This document shows positions 1 through 9,104 of a DNA stretch of 64,000 nt, in pieces (within the stretch, counting starts at the first letter, position 1; each line of letters starts with the position of its first letter). The DNA lies in the IMG/VR virus record IMGVR_UViG_3300020120_000084, positions 5,090 to 69,089 of that record, one strand, 5' to 3'. Both the position numbers and the translations under genes were made by a program. The DNA is from a virus (lineage: Duplodnaviria; Caudoviricetes). The notes below the pieces were generated by a model, which made no database searches, was not told where the DNA came from, and saw only the letters and a list, made by a program, of their open reading frames with translations.

Positions 1-229
1 GCGCACCTCGTTGCCTCTCGCGCCACCCCGGCAGATTCGCATCCCGCCAGCGCAGATCATCTTCACTGACCGTTGCGGGGTCGGCGAAGTAGCGCCCTTG
101 CGCGTACTTTGACCGGCATGTCTTGCACCAGGACTGCAAACCATCGGCGGCGCGGCGGTTGCGGCCAAACCTGCTGGCCGGGAGAGGATTTGACCCCTCA
201 TGCTCCCGTCGGGAGCAACGCTTGAGCAT
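1..229 (-). CDS. HNH/EndoVII-type homing endonuclease, N-terminal part (runs off window edge)
   Basis: Hand translation MLKRCSRREHEGSNPLPASRFGRNRRAADGLQSWCKTCRSK; the 'F.RN...DGLQSWCK.C' Zn module is typical of phage HNH/EndoVII proteins. Not in ORF track (truncated). Confidence 0.55.
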   Translation of the reverse strand, partial: MLKRCSRREHEGSNPLPASRFGRNRRAADGLQSWCKTCRSKYAQGRYFADPATVSEDDLRWRDANLPGWRERQRGA

Positions 230-240
230 GATCATCTCGT

Positions 241-534
241 TCATGACTCCGGGTACCCCGCCTTCTCCTTGGCCTTCTCGACCTTCTCCCGCATCCGGCC
301 CCGCGCCGCGGTGCCGAGGACCGACCAGAAGAACCGGTGCACGGCGGTCGCGCCGATGCGCCTGGCCTGCTTGGTTCCCTTGCACTTGCGGCACCGGCCG
401 TACCGTTTCCGGTTGCTGCCCCGGTTGACTCCCCGGCCCCTGCACCGCGGGCAGGGGCGCAGCGGCCAGCGCAGCAGCGAGACCAGGTACAGCACGGCCA
501 CGATGACCAGGACGAGGAACACCTGCAGGCTCAC
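241..534 (-). CDS. membrane-anchored CxxC zinc-finger protein (DnaJ-type Zn motif), AICE-like accessory
   Basis: N-terminal TM helix, CPRCRGRG and CRKCKGT motifs; such genes typically follow TraB/FtsK in actinomycete elements. Confidence 0.7.
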   Translation of the reverse strand: MSLQVFLVLVIVAVLYLVSLLRWPLRPCPRCRGRGVNRGSNRKRYGRCRKCKGTKQARRIGATAVHRFFWSVLGTAARGRMREKVEKAKEKAGYPES

Positions 535-540
535 CGGCCA

Positions 541-750
541 TCACCCGCCGTGCGGGCCGGGACAGGACGCCAGGCCCGCATTGAAGCCGGCCTGGTACCC
601 GGCGGAGTAGCCCTGCGCATAGCCCTCGGCATAGCCGATCTGGTAGCCGTCCGCGTATCCGTCGGCGTAGCCCTCCTTGTAGAGGCGGCACGGGTACCGC
701 TGGCAGTCCTCGTCGCCGCAGGCGGCGTGCTCATGGCTGATCACCCCCAT
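541..750 (-). CDS. small protein with GYxxG repeats
   Basis: EGYADGYADGYQIGYAEGYAQGYSAGYQAGFNAG repeat, Cys/His-rich N-terminus. Confidence 0.7.
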   Translation of the reverse strand: MGVISHEHAACGDEDCQRYPCRLYKEGYADGYADGYQIGYAEGYAQGYSAGYQAGFNAGLASCPGPHGG

Positions 751-894
751 GGGCTCGGGTCGGCGATCCCGGCGGCTACCCGGCCGCTGGCCATAACATC
801 GCAGGTCAGCGCGTTACGACTCGTTATCACTGAAACTGGTTTCCGCAGGTCAGGGCACTGTAGGAGATCTCTAACGGTTTCGCGGGGTCTCGTC

Positions 895-2967
895 CTACAC
901 ACCGGCCGCCTCCCTCATGCCGGCGACCGCCTCAACGGCCGCCCGCTCGCACCCCTGGTTCGGGTTGCGGCCAGGCTCGCGAACGTTCTTGACGGTGACC
1001 TCAATGGCGCGGAGCTGACTCGCCACGGCGGCGGGAGTGATGTCGGCATAGACGCCGGGGAAGTGCTCGCGGAGCCGGGCGGCGATCGTCTCGCACCACA
1101 ACCTGGAGTCGGCGCCGAAGACGGACAGTACGTCAGCGGCGAAGCTGCGCGCCGGCTGGCCGTCATCCTCGCCGAGCGCGTAGCCGGACAGCACCCCGGC
1201 CGCCTGCCGCATGGCACGGGCGCGGGCGGCGATCTTCGCGGTCGCGTTCAGGTCCGGATAGTGGGTGCGGACCGCCAGCGGGTCATCCTCACCCTTGAAC
1301 CAGCCGAGTCCGGCGTCGATCTTGGGCCGGAACTCGCTGGCCCGGTACCCGGCCTTGTACGACCCGGTGCCCAGGATCATGTCGTTGGACACCTGGTCGG
1401 GAACCTTCAGGCAGAACCGCACCGTGGCCAGGTCCCGGATCTTCGGCGGCAGCGCGTCGCCGTCGGGCCGCTGGGTGGACAAGATGAGGAAGATGCCGAG
1501 CTTGCGGCCCAGCCGCTCGACGTAAGCCAGGTCCTCGACGAACTGCGGGCCGTACTTAGGGTGCAGGATCGCATTCTGGATCTCATCGAAGGTCGCGCAG
1601 ACCGGCCGTAGCCGCAGGTGCCGCTGGGCGGCCAGTTCACGGGTGAGCTTGCCGTCCGGGCGGACCTCTCGTGGCAGCGCCTTGAGCATCGGGCCGCGGC
1701 GGTCCACCTCGGCGCGCAGCTTCCGCGCCGAGGCGGCGGCGTAAGCGATGGACTCGTCATCCAGCCCGGACACGTACCGGTGGCAGACCTGGGCCAGCGG
1801 TTCCAGGTCACCGGCACCGGCCAGCTCGTGAATCCACAGGTCGCACACGACATCCAGGGCGGCGCCGCAGTTCAGGACACGGACAGCGGTGGTCTTGCCC
1901 TGCCCGGGGGCGGCGCCGATCACCCAGTTCGTCTCGAACAACGGCGCCCCGATGAGCTGGCCGCGCGGGTTGGCCGCGAACGGGACCTGGCCGAACACGT
2001 CCGCGGTCCCGGTCTTGAGCAGCGGGTACGGAACCGGCTTGGTCTTGGACAGGTCGTGACGGCCGATCCACAGGTACAGCCGCCCGGCGTTCTCGTGCGG
2101 CACCGCCTCGGGCCAGGTCGCCGAGTGCGGGCGGCGCAGCCCGGACGCCAGGGCCTCACGGCGGCGGATGATGTCCGACGCGGTGACGCCGTACGGCAGG
2201 TCCAGTTCGACGCCCCACCCGTCGCCGTCACGGTGCACGTCGGAGACCCAGTCCAGGTCCCCGCCGTCCTTGAGCTGCTGGTCGATCTTGGCGATGCCCA
2301 GTGACCCGAACCCGCGGCGGATGATGACCGGGGTCGGCACGGTCCAGGCGGGCGGCAGGATGGCGGGCTCGATGATGGGCCGGCCCTCCGGGCGCCCGTG
2401 CCACACCAGCACCGGGAAGACGGCCGCGGCGAGCGGGGCCGGCCACCACCAGGGCCCGTACCGGGCCAGCCCGTACAGCGGGACCGCCGCGGCGGCGGCG
2501 CAGGCGCCGGTGATCTTCCACCGCGCGCCCCTGGTCTTCTTGCCCTCGGTGTGCGCCCGCATCGCCTCGTGGTGCCCGGCCCGGCCCACGGCGACCGCCT
2601 GGGATTCCAGCAGCCACCCCTCGGCCCAGTTCGCCCAGGTGAACAGGCGGCAGGTCAGCCGCCAGGCTCCCTTGTGCGCCAGCCACGACAGCCAGATGAC
2701 ATGCCAGGGCAGCCGCAGGCCGTGGTAGCGGAGCTGGTACCAGGTGCGGCCGGCCCAGTTCCCGAGGGTCTCCGGCAGGCGGTCCCGTGCCAGGGACTCC
2801 GGGATGATGTCGCGGCGCTTGCCGCCGGCACCGGTGGTGTCGATGTAGGAGGCGGCGTCCGCGCCCTGCTCCCCGAAGCGGACCGCGCTGCCCGCGTCGG
2901 CGGCGCGCAGCGGGATGACCTCGGCGCCCGGCTCGGGCTCGTCCGGGTAGTCCTTGCGCTCGCTCAC
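895..2967 (-). CDS. FtsK/SpoIIIE-family DNA translocase (TraB/TraSA-like)
   Basis: TM segments, Walker A GAAPGQGKT, Walker B ATFDEIQ, 'LILSTQRPD' motif, C-terminal winged-helix-like domain; SD GGAG. Confidence 0.9.
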   Translation of the reverse strand: MSERKDYPDEPEPGAEVIPLRAADAGSAVRFGEQGADAASYIDTTGAGGKRRDIIPESLARDRLPETLGNWAGRTWYQLRYHGLRLPWHVIWLSWLAHKGAWRLTCRLFTWANWAEGWLLESQAVAVGRAGHHEAMRAHTEGKKTRGARWKITGACAAAAAVPLYGLARYGPWWWPAPLAAAVFPVLVWHGRPEGRPIIEPAILPPAWTVPTPVIIRRGFGSLGIAKIDQQLKDGGDLDWVSDVHRDGDGWGVELDLPYGVTASDIIRRREALASGLRRPHSATWPEAVPHENAGRLYLWIGRHDLSKTKPVPYPLLKTGTADVFGQVPFAANPRGQLIGAPLFETNWVIGAAPGQGKTTAVRVLNCGAALDVVCDLWIHELAGAGDLEPLAQVCHRYVSGLDDESIAYAAASARKLRAEVDRRGPMLKALPREVRPDGKLTRELAAQRHLRLRPVCATFDEIQNAILHPKYGPQFVEDLAYVERLGRKLGIFLILSTQRPDGDALPPKIRDLATVRFCLKVPDQVSNDMILGTGSYKAGYRASEFRPKIDAGLGWFKGEDDPLAVRTHYPDLNATAKIAARARAMRQAAGVLSGYALGEDDGQPARSFAADVLSVFGADSRLWCETIAARLREHFPGVYADITPAAVASQLRAIEVTVKNVREPGRNPNQGCERAAVEAVAGMREAAGV

Positions 2968-3022
2968 TTCACGCTCCAGTTCGCGGCGGCGGCGGAGGGG
3001 AAGGCCGCCGCCGCCAGTACGG

Positions 3023-3154
3023 TCAGGCGGCCCAGGCTTCCGGCGGCAGGCCGCGGCGGGCGGCCGCGGCGTCGAGCTCGCGGCGGACCAGGCGGAAGTA
3101 CGGGGTGATGACCGGCGGCGGGTCGCTGTCGGGGGGCTGTGTTACGTTGGGCAT
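3023..3154 (-). CDS. small hypothetical protein (43 aa)
   Basis: MPNVTQPPDSDPPPVITPYFRLVRRELDAAAARRGLPPEAWAA; GC3-rich codons, SD GGAAGG; preferred over track ORF 2964..3305. Confidence 0.55.
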   Translation of the reverse strand: MPNVTQPPDSDPPPVITPYFRLVRRELDAAAARRGLPPEAWAA

Positions 3155-3265
3155 GCCTGGCACCTTCCATCTGGACGTGGAAACCGGCACTGAGAACGGC
3201 CCTGTTCACAGCAGGGTCGTTCTTGCTTTGCGGGGAGCGTGTCACCACGGTGTCGCGTCGGCCGG

Positions 3266-3338
3266 TCATGCAACGATTATTATCGCTATACGCCAAACGA
3301 TGCAAGAGCGCATCGCGTTCTTATCAAACGTTGCATGA
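3266..3338. promoter_or_regulatory. AT-rich divergent promoter/operator with inverted repeats
   Basis: TCATGCAACG (3266-3275) / CGTTGCATGA (3329-3338) perfect IR; AAACG(A/T)TGCA at 3295 and 3326. Confidence 0.55.
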
Positions 3339-3351
3339 GGAGTAAAGTCTC

Positions 3352-3882
3352 ATGGCTATGAGCCGCTACATCACGACGGGGGACGCTGCCCGCGCGCTCG
3401 GCATCAGCTCGGCCACGCTGACCCGGTGGACAGCGGCCGGGATCGTGACGCCCGCCGAGCGCACCGCCGGCGGCCACTTCCGGTGGGACATGACCTCGCT
3501 GCGCGCCCAGCTGCGGCGCCGCAACCTCGGCGAGCACGACGTCACCGCCGAGGACATCGCGCGGGTCGTCCACGCCGCGAACCGGGAGCTGCAGATCGTC
3601 CAGGGCGACCCGGCGCCGTCACCGCCGTGGGACGAGGCCCCGGACTACCAGGTGAAGCAGGCGACCGCCGGGGTGCAGGAGGTCTTGCGGGACCCGGACC
3701 TGACCGCGGAGCGCTCGCACGAGTTGTGGGCGGAGCGGATGCGCGCCGACGGGTGGACCTACGGCGAGGTGAAGGACCGGGAGCGGAAGACGCACCCGAC
3801 GCTGCTGCCGTTCGGCGAGTTGCCCGCAGAGCAGCAGCTGAAGGACCGGCTGTTCATCGCCATTGTCCGGGCGCTGACCTAG
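3352..3882 (+). CDS. MerR-type HTH fused to RyR (ryanodine receptor repeat) domain
   Basis: ITTGDAARALGISSATLTRW...RTAGGHFRW HTH; HELW..RMRADGWTYGEVKDRERKTHPTLLPFGELP..QQLKD RyR signature. Confidence 0.85.
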   Translation: MAMSRYITTGDAARALGISSATLTRWTAAGIVTPAERTAGGHFRWDMTSLRAQLRRRNLGEHDVTAEDIARVVHAANRELQIVQGDPAPSPPWDEAPDYQVKQATAGVQEVLRDPDLTAERSHELWAERMRADGWTYGEVKDRERKTHPTLLPFGELPAEQQLKDRLFIAIVRALT

Positions 3883-3948
3883 CTCCCGCGCCCGGCGGGT
3901 GACAAGCCGGTCACGGCCTGCTAGCGTCCGGGGGCGGAGGTGGTCATC

Positions 3949-4098
3949 GTGACCGGTTTTTCTAACGGGAACTCGTTCAGCGGCAGCAGCAGCTACGGCG
4001 ACAGCATGGGCAACGCCATCGGGACAGGCCCCGTCAGGTGGCCGGTGCCGCGGTGGAAGTTCGGGCTGCGCGTGTCTGACGACCGGGGCGGCATGTAG
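3949..4098 (+). CDS. small Ser/Gly-rich peptide (49 aa)
   Basis: SD GGAGGT, GTG start, VTGFSNGNSFSGSSSYGDSMGNAIGTG...; below ORF-track cutoff. Confidence 0.35.
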   Translation: MTGFSNGNSFSGSSSYGDSMGNAIGTGPVRWPVPRWKFGLRVSDDRGGM

Positions 4099-4106
4099 CA
4101 GGCGTC

Positions 4107-4319
4107 GTGCCGCGCGACGGCGAGCGGATCACCGTGGCGCTGACCCCGGAGGCCGCGGCGGCGCTCGCCCGGCTCCAGGCGCGGACCGGGCTGTCCAAGA
4201 CCGGCCTGGTGAACCGGGGGATCTCGCTGCTGGAGCTCGTCGACGGGCAGGCCGCGGCGGGCGGCAGGGTGCTGATCCAGCCGCCGGACGGCCCGGCCGT
4301 CGAGGTCAGGTTTCTCTGA
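4107..4319 (+). CDS. ribbon-helix-helix (CopG-like) DNA-binding protein
   Basis: ERITVAL beta strand plus two helices (RTGLSKTGLVNRGISL). Confidence 0.75.
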   Translation: MPRDGERITVALTPEAAAALARLQARTGLSKTGLVNRGISLLELVDGQAAAGGRVLIQPPDGPAVEVRFL

Positions 4320-4360
4320 CCTGCTTGCCTTCCGCCGCCCGGTTACGTAGCGTGCGCCAC

Positions 4361-4552
4361 ATGGAGGGGACCCCGCTGCTGCCCGGCTCGCTCGCCGAGT
4401 TCCTGGCCGCGCACCCGAAGGTCAAGGTCGACCCCGCTCCCGTCGAGGGCACCTGGCACGCCACGGTCAGCCTGGACTGCGGCCACGGCTACGTGCACGC
4501 CCGGGACGAGGCGGAGCTGCTCGCCAAGCTGACCGCCGCGCTGGGCGGCTAG
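4361..4552 (+). CDS. hypothetical protein
   Basis: ORF with -10-like TAGCGT 7 nt before ATG 4361. Confidence 0.6.
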   Translation: MEGTPLLPGSLAEFLAAHPKVKVDPAPVEGTWHATVSLDCGHGYVHARDEAELLAKLTAALGG

Positions 4553-4902
4553 GGCGCCTGGCCGCCGCTGACGACCCCCAGGCGGGGACGCTCGGCCATG
4601 GCCGCGGCGTAGCCCGCGGTGAACCCGCGCTCCCGCTCGGCCTCCATGACGGCCTCGTCAGCCCGGCAGCGGCCCGCGATCGCGCCCAGCCGCTCGAAGA
4701 CGTCCAGGCACAGCCGGGCCATCTCCAGCGCGCCCTCGCTGGCCGGGTGCGCGGCCAGGCCGGCGACGGACTTAGCGCACGCCTCCGCCGAGGCGATCAG
4801 GGCGTACCGCACGTCCGCCCAGCCGCCCGCCCGCGGGTCGGGTTTTCTCTCCGGGTCGTCCGGCGCGGGGCCGCCTGCGCTGCGGCGCGCGGGTTCAGCC
4901 AT
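4549..4902 (-). CDS. hypothetical protein
   Basis: SD GGGAGG before ATG 4902; helical, ends in RPRLGVV. Confidence 0.6.
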   Translation of the reverse strand: MAEPARRSAGGPAPDDPERKPDPRAGGWADVRYALIASAEACAKSVAGLAAHPASEGALEMARLCLDVFERLGAIAGRCRADEAVMEAERERGFTAGYAAAMAERPRLGVVSGGQAP

Positions 4903-5098
4903 CGTGGCATACCCTCCCAGGCCAGGCCCGCCGCGGGGTAGCAGGCGCGTCTCACAATGTGACAATCCCTGAAGCTTCGTCTTACGCGATGCACGTGCAG
5001 TAGCGCAAGTGCTTGCGGAAAACACGCGGTGACTGCCGTGCGCAGGCGTCCCGTTACTAGCGCTCGCGGGCCCGGGAACGTTACACGCGCAGGTCAGG

Positions 5099-5725
5099 CT
5101 ATGCGCCGGCGCCCTCACCGGAGTTCGGGGGGAGCCGGCCGGCGGCGCGGCGCTGGATGTCGGCGATGAACCATATCCGGTCACCGATGTCCCAGTCGGC
5201 GGCGTACTTGTCCCAGTCCCGGGCGTCGGGGGTGCCCTCGCCGAACAGCTGGGCGCCCGACGGGTCGGCGACGCCCTGCATCCGGAGCAGGTCGACGCGT
5301 CCCCTGATCCGGTCCGCGTACGGGCGGTCGGCCGCGGTGCGGCCCTCCTCGGACGCTATCCACCCGGGCGGCTCGCCGGGGACGGGAAGCGCGGCAGGGG
5401 GCGCGAGTGCCGGGCCAGCCGGGACCAGCGTGTCCGACTCCCCGGACAGCACGGCCAGCATCGACTCATAGGTGACCTGGTACGCCGCCGCCATCTCCTT
5501 CAGCGTCCCGGGCGGCCAGCGGTTGGCCCTGCGGTTGCTCTCCAGGTCGTCGACGCGGCGCGTGTTCGGGTTGCCGTCCGGGGTCAGCGGCAGCCGGGCC
5601 CGGGCGAACGTCGTCCGGAACTGGTGGCCGAGAGTGACGCGGCGCCGCTCGAGGAGGAGCTCGCCGAGCAGCTTCCACCTGTCCTCGGGTGCCCAGATCG
5701 CGAGCCGCTTCCGGTTAGCTGCCAT
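5099..5725 (-). CDS. putative immunity repressor (XRE-like HTH)
   Basis: RWKLLGELLLERRRVTLGHQFRTTFAR...RRVDDLESNRR actinobacterial XRE-like helix pattern; divergent from cro-like gene. Confidence 0.65.
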   Translation of the reverse strand: MAANRKRLAIWAPEDRWKLLGELLLERRRVTLGHQFRTTFARARLPLTPDGNPNTRRVDDLESNRRANRWPPGTLKEMAAAYQVTYESMLAVLSGESDTLVPAGPALAPPAALPVPGEPPGWIASEEGRTAADRPYADRIRGRVDLLRMQGVADPSGAQLFGEGTPDARDWDKYAADWDIGDRIWFIADIQRRAAGRLPPNSGEGAGA

Positions 5726-5782
5726 CGCGAATGCCCCTTTTACGCCTGGAGTTACCGCCCCGTAACTGACTTTGACTGACGG

Positions 5783-5806
5783 GGAGGTTGCCGTCAAGCA
5801 ACCTCC
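5783..5806. promoter_or_regulatory. operator-like inverted repeat in cI/cro intergenic region
   Basis: GGAGGTTGC-cgtcaa-GCAACCTCC perfect 9-bp IR. Confidence 0.5.
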
Positions 5807-5900
5807 GCTGACTATGTAAAGAGCCAGCGTACACCGTATCTAGCCAACTTCTGTCCAACTTCAGGCAACGGGTCGATGGCGGCTTTTTTTGGCCAGTCGT

Positions 5901-5930
5901 TTGACGACAGTTCCCGATACGGTCTAATGT
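5901..5930 (+). promoter_or_regulatory. sigma70-type promoter for leaderless cro-like mRNA
   Basis: TTGACG-N18-TAATGT, ATG 6 nt downstream, no SD. Confidence 0.65.
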
Positions 5931-5936
5931 CGTCAC

Positions 5937-6227
5937 ATGCCGGACACCCCGACCGCCCTGCCGGACAAGGCGAAGATCCGCGCGCTGATCAGGGAGCGCG
6001 GTTACGAGATCGGCGACCTGGCCCGCAAGATCGGCCGGCCCCCGGCGACCCTCTACGCCATCACCGGCCGCCGCAAGCCGAAGCCGACAGGCATCAAGAT
6101 CCTGCGCCCGCTCGCCGAAGCCCTGTCCACGGCGGCGCGGCCCGTCAGGGTCAGCGACATCAGCGACTGGACCGGCGACGACGACGACATCGAGAGCGAG
6201 CCGGAGCCGAAGGTCCCGGCCGCCTAG
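5937..6227 (+). CDS. Cro-like HTH regulator
   Basis: KIRALIRERGYEIGDLARKIGRPPATLYAI XRE HTH. Confidence 0.8.
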   Translation: MPDTPTALPDKAKIRALIRERGYEIGDLARKIGRPPATLYAITGRRKPKPTGIKILRPLAEALSTAARPVRVSDISDWTGDDDDIESEPEPKVPAA

Positions 6228-6320
6228 ACACGAAAAACGGCCCGGCCGTTTACGGCGACCGGGCCAACGAGCGGGATACGTCTCGCTCCACAGAATAACA
6301 AATCGAAGGGATACGACTCA

Positions 6321-6452
6321 ATGACCGGCTACACACCCGCCGAGCAGGCCATCCGCGCAGCGCGCGGCCTGCCCTACGCCACCGGCGCCGACGAACCGCC
6401 CGCCTGGCACGACCAGCCCGGCACGCAGCCGGAAGCGAGGTCAGCGGCATGA
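6321..6452 (+). CDS. small hypothetical protein (43 aa)
   Basis: SD GAAGGG; ATGA coupling to next gene. Confidence 0.55.
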   Translation: MTGYTPAEQAIRAARGLPYATGADEPPAWHDQPGTQPEARSAA

Positions 6453-6718
6453 CCACCATCAGCGTCACCGAGGCGCACCTCACCGAGGGCGTGCGGTCTT
6501 CATGCTCGCGCTGCCCGGTGGCCCTGGCCATAGCGGACGCCTTCCCGGGGGCCACTTACGTCTGGGTCGGCGGTGCCACCGCCGACGTCGAGATTGACGG
6601 GCGCGAGGTCAGTTTCGACCTGCCGGGCGAGGCCGAGGAATTCATCGGCCGCTTCGATGACGACGGCTTCGGCGAGCCCTTCACCTTCGACGTGGACTAC
6701 CCGGCGGTGACCTCATGA
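6449..6718 (+). CDS. hypothetical phage protein
   Basis: Coupled ORF, CSRCPVALA motif, GC3-rich. Confidence 0.75.
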   Translation: MTTISVTEAHLTEGVRSSCSRCPVALAIADAFPGATYVWVGGATADVEIDGREVSFDLPGEAEEFIGRFDDDGFGEPFTFDVDYPAVTS

Positions 6719-7344
6719 CGGGCGGCACGCTCGCGCTGGGCTGCTCCTTCGCGGCGCTCTGCATCCTCCTCGGGATCATGATCGGCTGGCCCATCGGGCA
6801 CTGGCGCGGCATGAGGCACGCCGCCCGCGACGCCGAAGACGCCTCATGGCAGCAGACCGACGCCGAATGGAAGGGACTCGCGGACGCCACCCCCGACCCG
6901 GCGCCGCTGCCCGTCCAGCCAGTAGTGCGCGCCGGGCCCGGGAAGCACCGGCACCCCGCCGGGCCCCGGCACGCCGGGTACCTGCCCGCGGAGACCAGCC
7001 CGTGGGCCGGCACGATGACCCTGCCCGCCCCCGGCCAGGCACCCCCGTGGGACCAGCCGCCAGACCGGATGCTGCACGTCCAGGGCGTCCTGCGGGCAGA
7101 CGAGGCCGCGCGCATCAAAGAGGCGCTGGAACCGCAGACGGAAGTGCTCGAGCCGACCGCGGCGGACTGCCGCCGCCCGGACACGCTGACCGACACGGGA
7201 TGGACCCGGCAGGAGGCCAGGAGGCTGGCGGAGGAGATGGACCGGGACATCGAACGCATGGAGCAGGACGCGTTCGGCTGGATCGCCGAGCGCATCGGCG
7301 CCACCGACAGCACCCTGAAAGAGATCACAGGCGGTGCGCGATGA
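6715..7344 (+). CDS. membrane-anchored hypothetical protein
   Basis: N-terminal TM helix, coupled ATGA. Confidence 0.7.
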   Translation: MTGGTLALGCSFAALCILLGIMIGWPIGHWRGMRHAARDAEDASWQQTDAEWKGLADATPDPAPLPVQPVVRAGPGKHRHPAGPRHAGYLPAETSPWAGTMTLPAPGQAPPWDQPPDRMLHVQGVLRADEAARIKEALEPQTEVLEPTAADCRRPDTLTDTGWTRQEARRLAEEMDRDIERMEQDAFGWIAERIGATDSTLKEITGGAR

Positions 7345-7484
7345 CCGCACAGGAACTAGCCGGGATGCTGCTGCAGTACCCGATGGCCGAGGTGTCCATC
7401 GAGGCACTCGATGCCGATGGCCGACCGTCAGACTGGCCGGTTACCGGCGTATCGCTAGTGGCTGGCCGGATGGTGATCTCATGA
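7341..7484 (+). CDS. small hypothetical protein
   Basis: MTAQELAGMLLQYP...; coupled on both sides. Confidence 0.55.
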   Translation: MTAQELAGMLLQYPMAEVSIEALDADGRPSDWPVTGVSLVAGRMVIS

Positions 7485-7741
7485 ACGGCCCGCAGAACTA
7501 CCGCGAGGCCGACCTGATCCTCACCGGGCCCCGCGACCCCTGCGAGTACGGCTGCCCGCACACCGGCTGCCCTCACGAGATGGCGGCGATCACCCGCGCC
7601 ATCGCGCACGGCCTGCTCTCCCTCACCGCCGCCGTCATCGCCACCGCCGGCCACAGGATCAACCCGGCGAACCGGCGCGAATGGCTCATGGCCACCGACC
7701 CGGACTACGCCGCCGAGCAGGCAGCGGAGGTGACCCGGTGA
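7481..7741 (+). CDS. hypothetical protein
   Basis: MNGPQNYREA... coupled ORF. Confidence 0.65.
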   Translation: MNGPQNYREADLILTGPRDPCEYGCPHTGCPHEMAAITRAIAHGLLSLTAAVIATAGHRINPANRREWLMATDPDYAAEQAAEVTR

Positions 7742-7965
7742 CCGGCCGTCGCGTCCATGCGGGCTGCGGCCTGCGCAACCCCTTCGTTCCATGGCTGTGG
7801 GCCGCCCTGATCGCGTCGCAGGGCATCATGTGGCCGGTCCTGCTGCTGACCGGAAGCTGGCTCGCCTACCTGGCATGGCTGCCGTGGCTGCTCGTCCTTG
7901 CCCTGCTGCTCCGGTGGGAACGGGTGCACTCGCCCGAGAAGATGTACCGGACGTGGTCGCCGTGA
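7738..7965 (+). CDS. small membrane protein
   Basis: Two hydrophobic segments, GTGA coupling. Confidence 0.6.
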   Translation: MTGRRVHAGCGLRNPFVPWLWAALIASQGIMWPVLLLTGSWLAYLAWLPWLLVLALLLRWERVHSPEKMYRTWSP

Positions 7966-8237
7966 GCTGGACCGACATGATGACACCCTGGGACGCCGGC
8001 CCCGCAGCCCCCGACCCGCTGCGGACCATCATCCTCGGCGGCCTCGCCTACAGCGCCCTCGACCTCCGCGAACGCATCACCGGGGACTGCGCCGACTGCG
8101 CCGACGGCGAGCCCTGCCCCGACCACGCCGAGGCCGCCGACCTCGCCGACCGGTTCGAGCACGCCTACATGCAGGTCGCGAACGGCAGCACCGCCTGGTG
8201 CGACCTCGCCGTGAAACTCATCTCGGAGATGAACTGA
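7962..8237 (+). CDS. hypothetical protein with Cys cluster
   Basis: CADCADGEPCPDH; coupled. Confidence 0.65.
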   Translation: MSWTDMMTPWDAGPAAPDPLRTIILGGLAYSALDLRERITGDCADCADGEPCPDHAEAADLADRFEHAYMQVANGSTAWCDLAVKLISEMN

Positions 8238-9103
8238 TGACCGCCGCGGACATCGCCGAGGCCGGGATCGTCGTCACCGAGCCCGGCGTCTACCCCTACC
8301 TGCCGGAGGACATCTACCACGCCGACCCCGTGCCCGGCGGGTCACTGTCGGCATCGGGGGCTAAGCTCCTGCTGCCCCCGTCGTGCCCCGCCCTGTACCG
8401 CTACCGGCGCGACCACCCGAAAGTCTCCGCCGTCTTCGACTACGGGACCGCCGCGCACAAGTTCGTGCTCGGCACCGGCCCGCAGATCGCCATCGTCGAC
8501 GCGCCCGACTGGCGGACGAAGGCCGCGCAGGACGCCCGCAAGGAGGCCCGCGCCTCCGGTGCCGTCCCGCTGCTGGTCAGCGAGTACGGCGAGATAGCGG
8601 ACATGGCCCGCGCGATCGAGCGGCACGAGCTCGCCGGGCAGCTGTTCAGGCCCGGCCGGGGTGAGGCCGAGCAGTCCCTGTTCTGGCAGGACCCCGACTA
8701 CGGGATCTGGCGGCGGGCGCGGCTCGACTGGCAGCTGCCCGGCCTGCGGCTGATCATCGCCGACTACAAGACCACGGCCGACGCCAGCCCGGCCGCCATC
8801 CGCAAGACGGTCGCGAACCTGAATTACCACATGCAGGCCGCCTGGTACACCGACGCCATCGCCGCGCTCGGCATCGGCGACGACCCGGCGTTCCTGTTCG
8901 TGTTCCAGGAGAAAACCCCGCCGTACCTCATCACCATCGCCGAGCTCGACGGGGACGCGATTCGCGCCGGGCGGCACCGCAACCGGGACGCCTGCGAGAT
9001 CTGGCGCGACTGCACCGCCGCCGGCGTCTGGCCCGGCTACACCGACGACATCGAGCTCATCACGCTGCCCCCGTGGGCCGCGCGCACCGAGGGGGACTAC
9101 TGA
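8237..9103 (+). CDS. RecE-like exonuclease (exonuclease VIII / PD-(D/E)xK)
   Basis: YHAD...SLSASGAK, RARLDW, IADYKTT, Y.MQAAWY motifs. Confidence 0.9.
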   Translation: MTAADIAEAGIVVTEPGVYPYLPEDIYHADPVPGGSLSASGAKLLLPPSCPALYRYRRDHPKVSAVFDYGTAAHKFVLGTGPQIAIVDAPDWRTKAAQDARKEARASGAVPLLVSEYGEIADMARAIERHELAGQLFRPGRGEAEQSLFWQDPDYGIWRRARLDWQLPGLRLIIADYKTTADASPAAIRKTVANLNYHMQAAWYTDAIAALGIGDDPAFLFVFQEKTPPYLITIAELDGDAIRAGRHRNRDACEIWRDCTAAGVWPGYTDDIELITLPPWAARTEGDY

Positions 9104-9104
9104 C

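Noticed and set aside
2964-3305. Track ORF of 113 aa upstream of FtsK
   Set aside because: Crosses the AT-rich promoter; the frame at 3023..3154 has better codon bias and an SD
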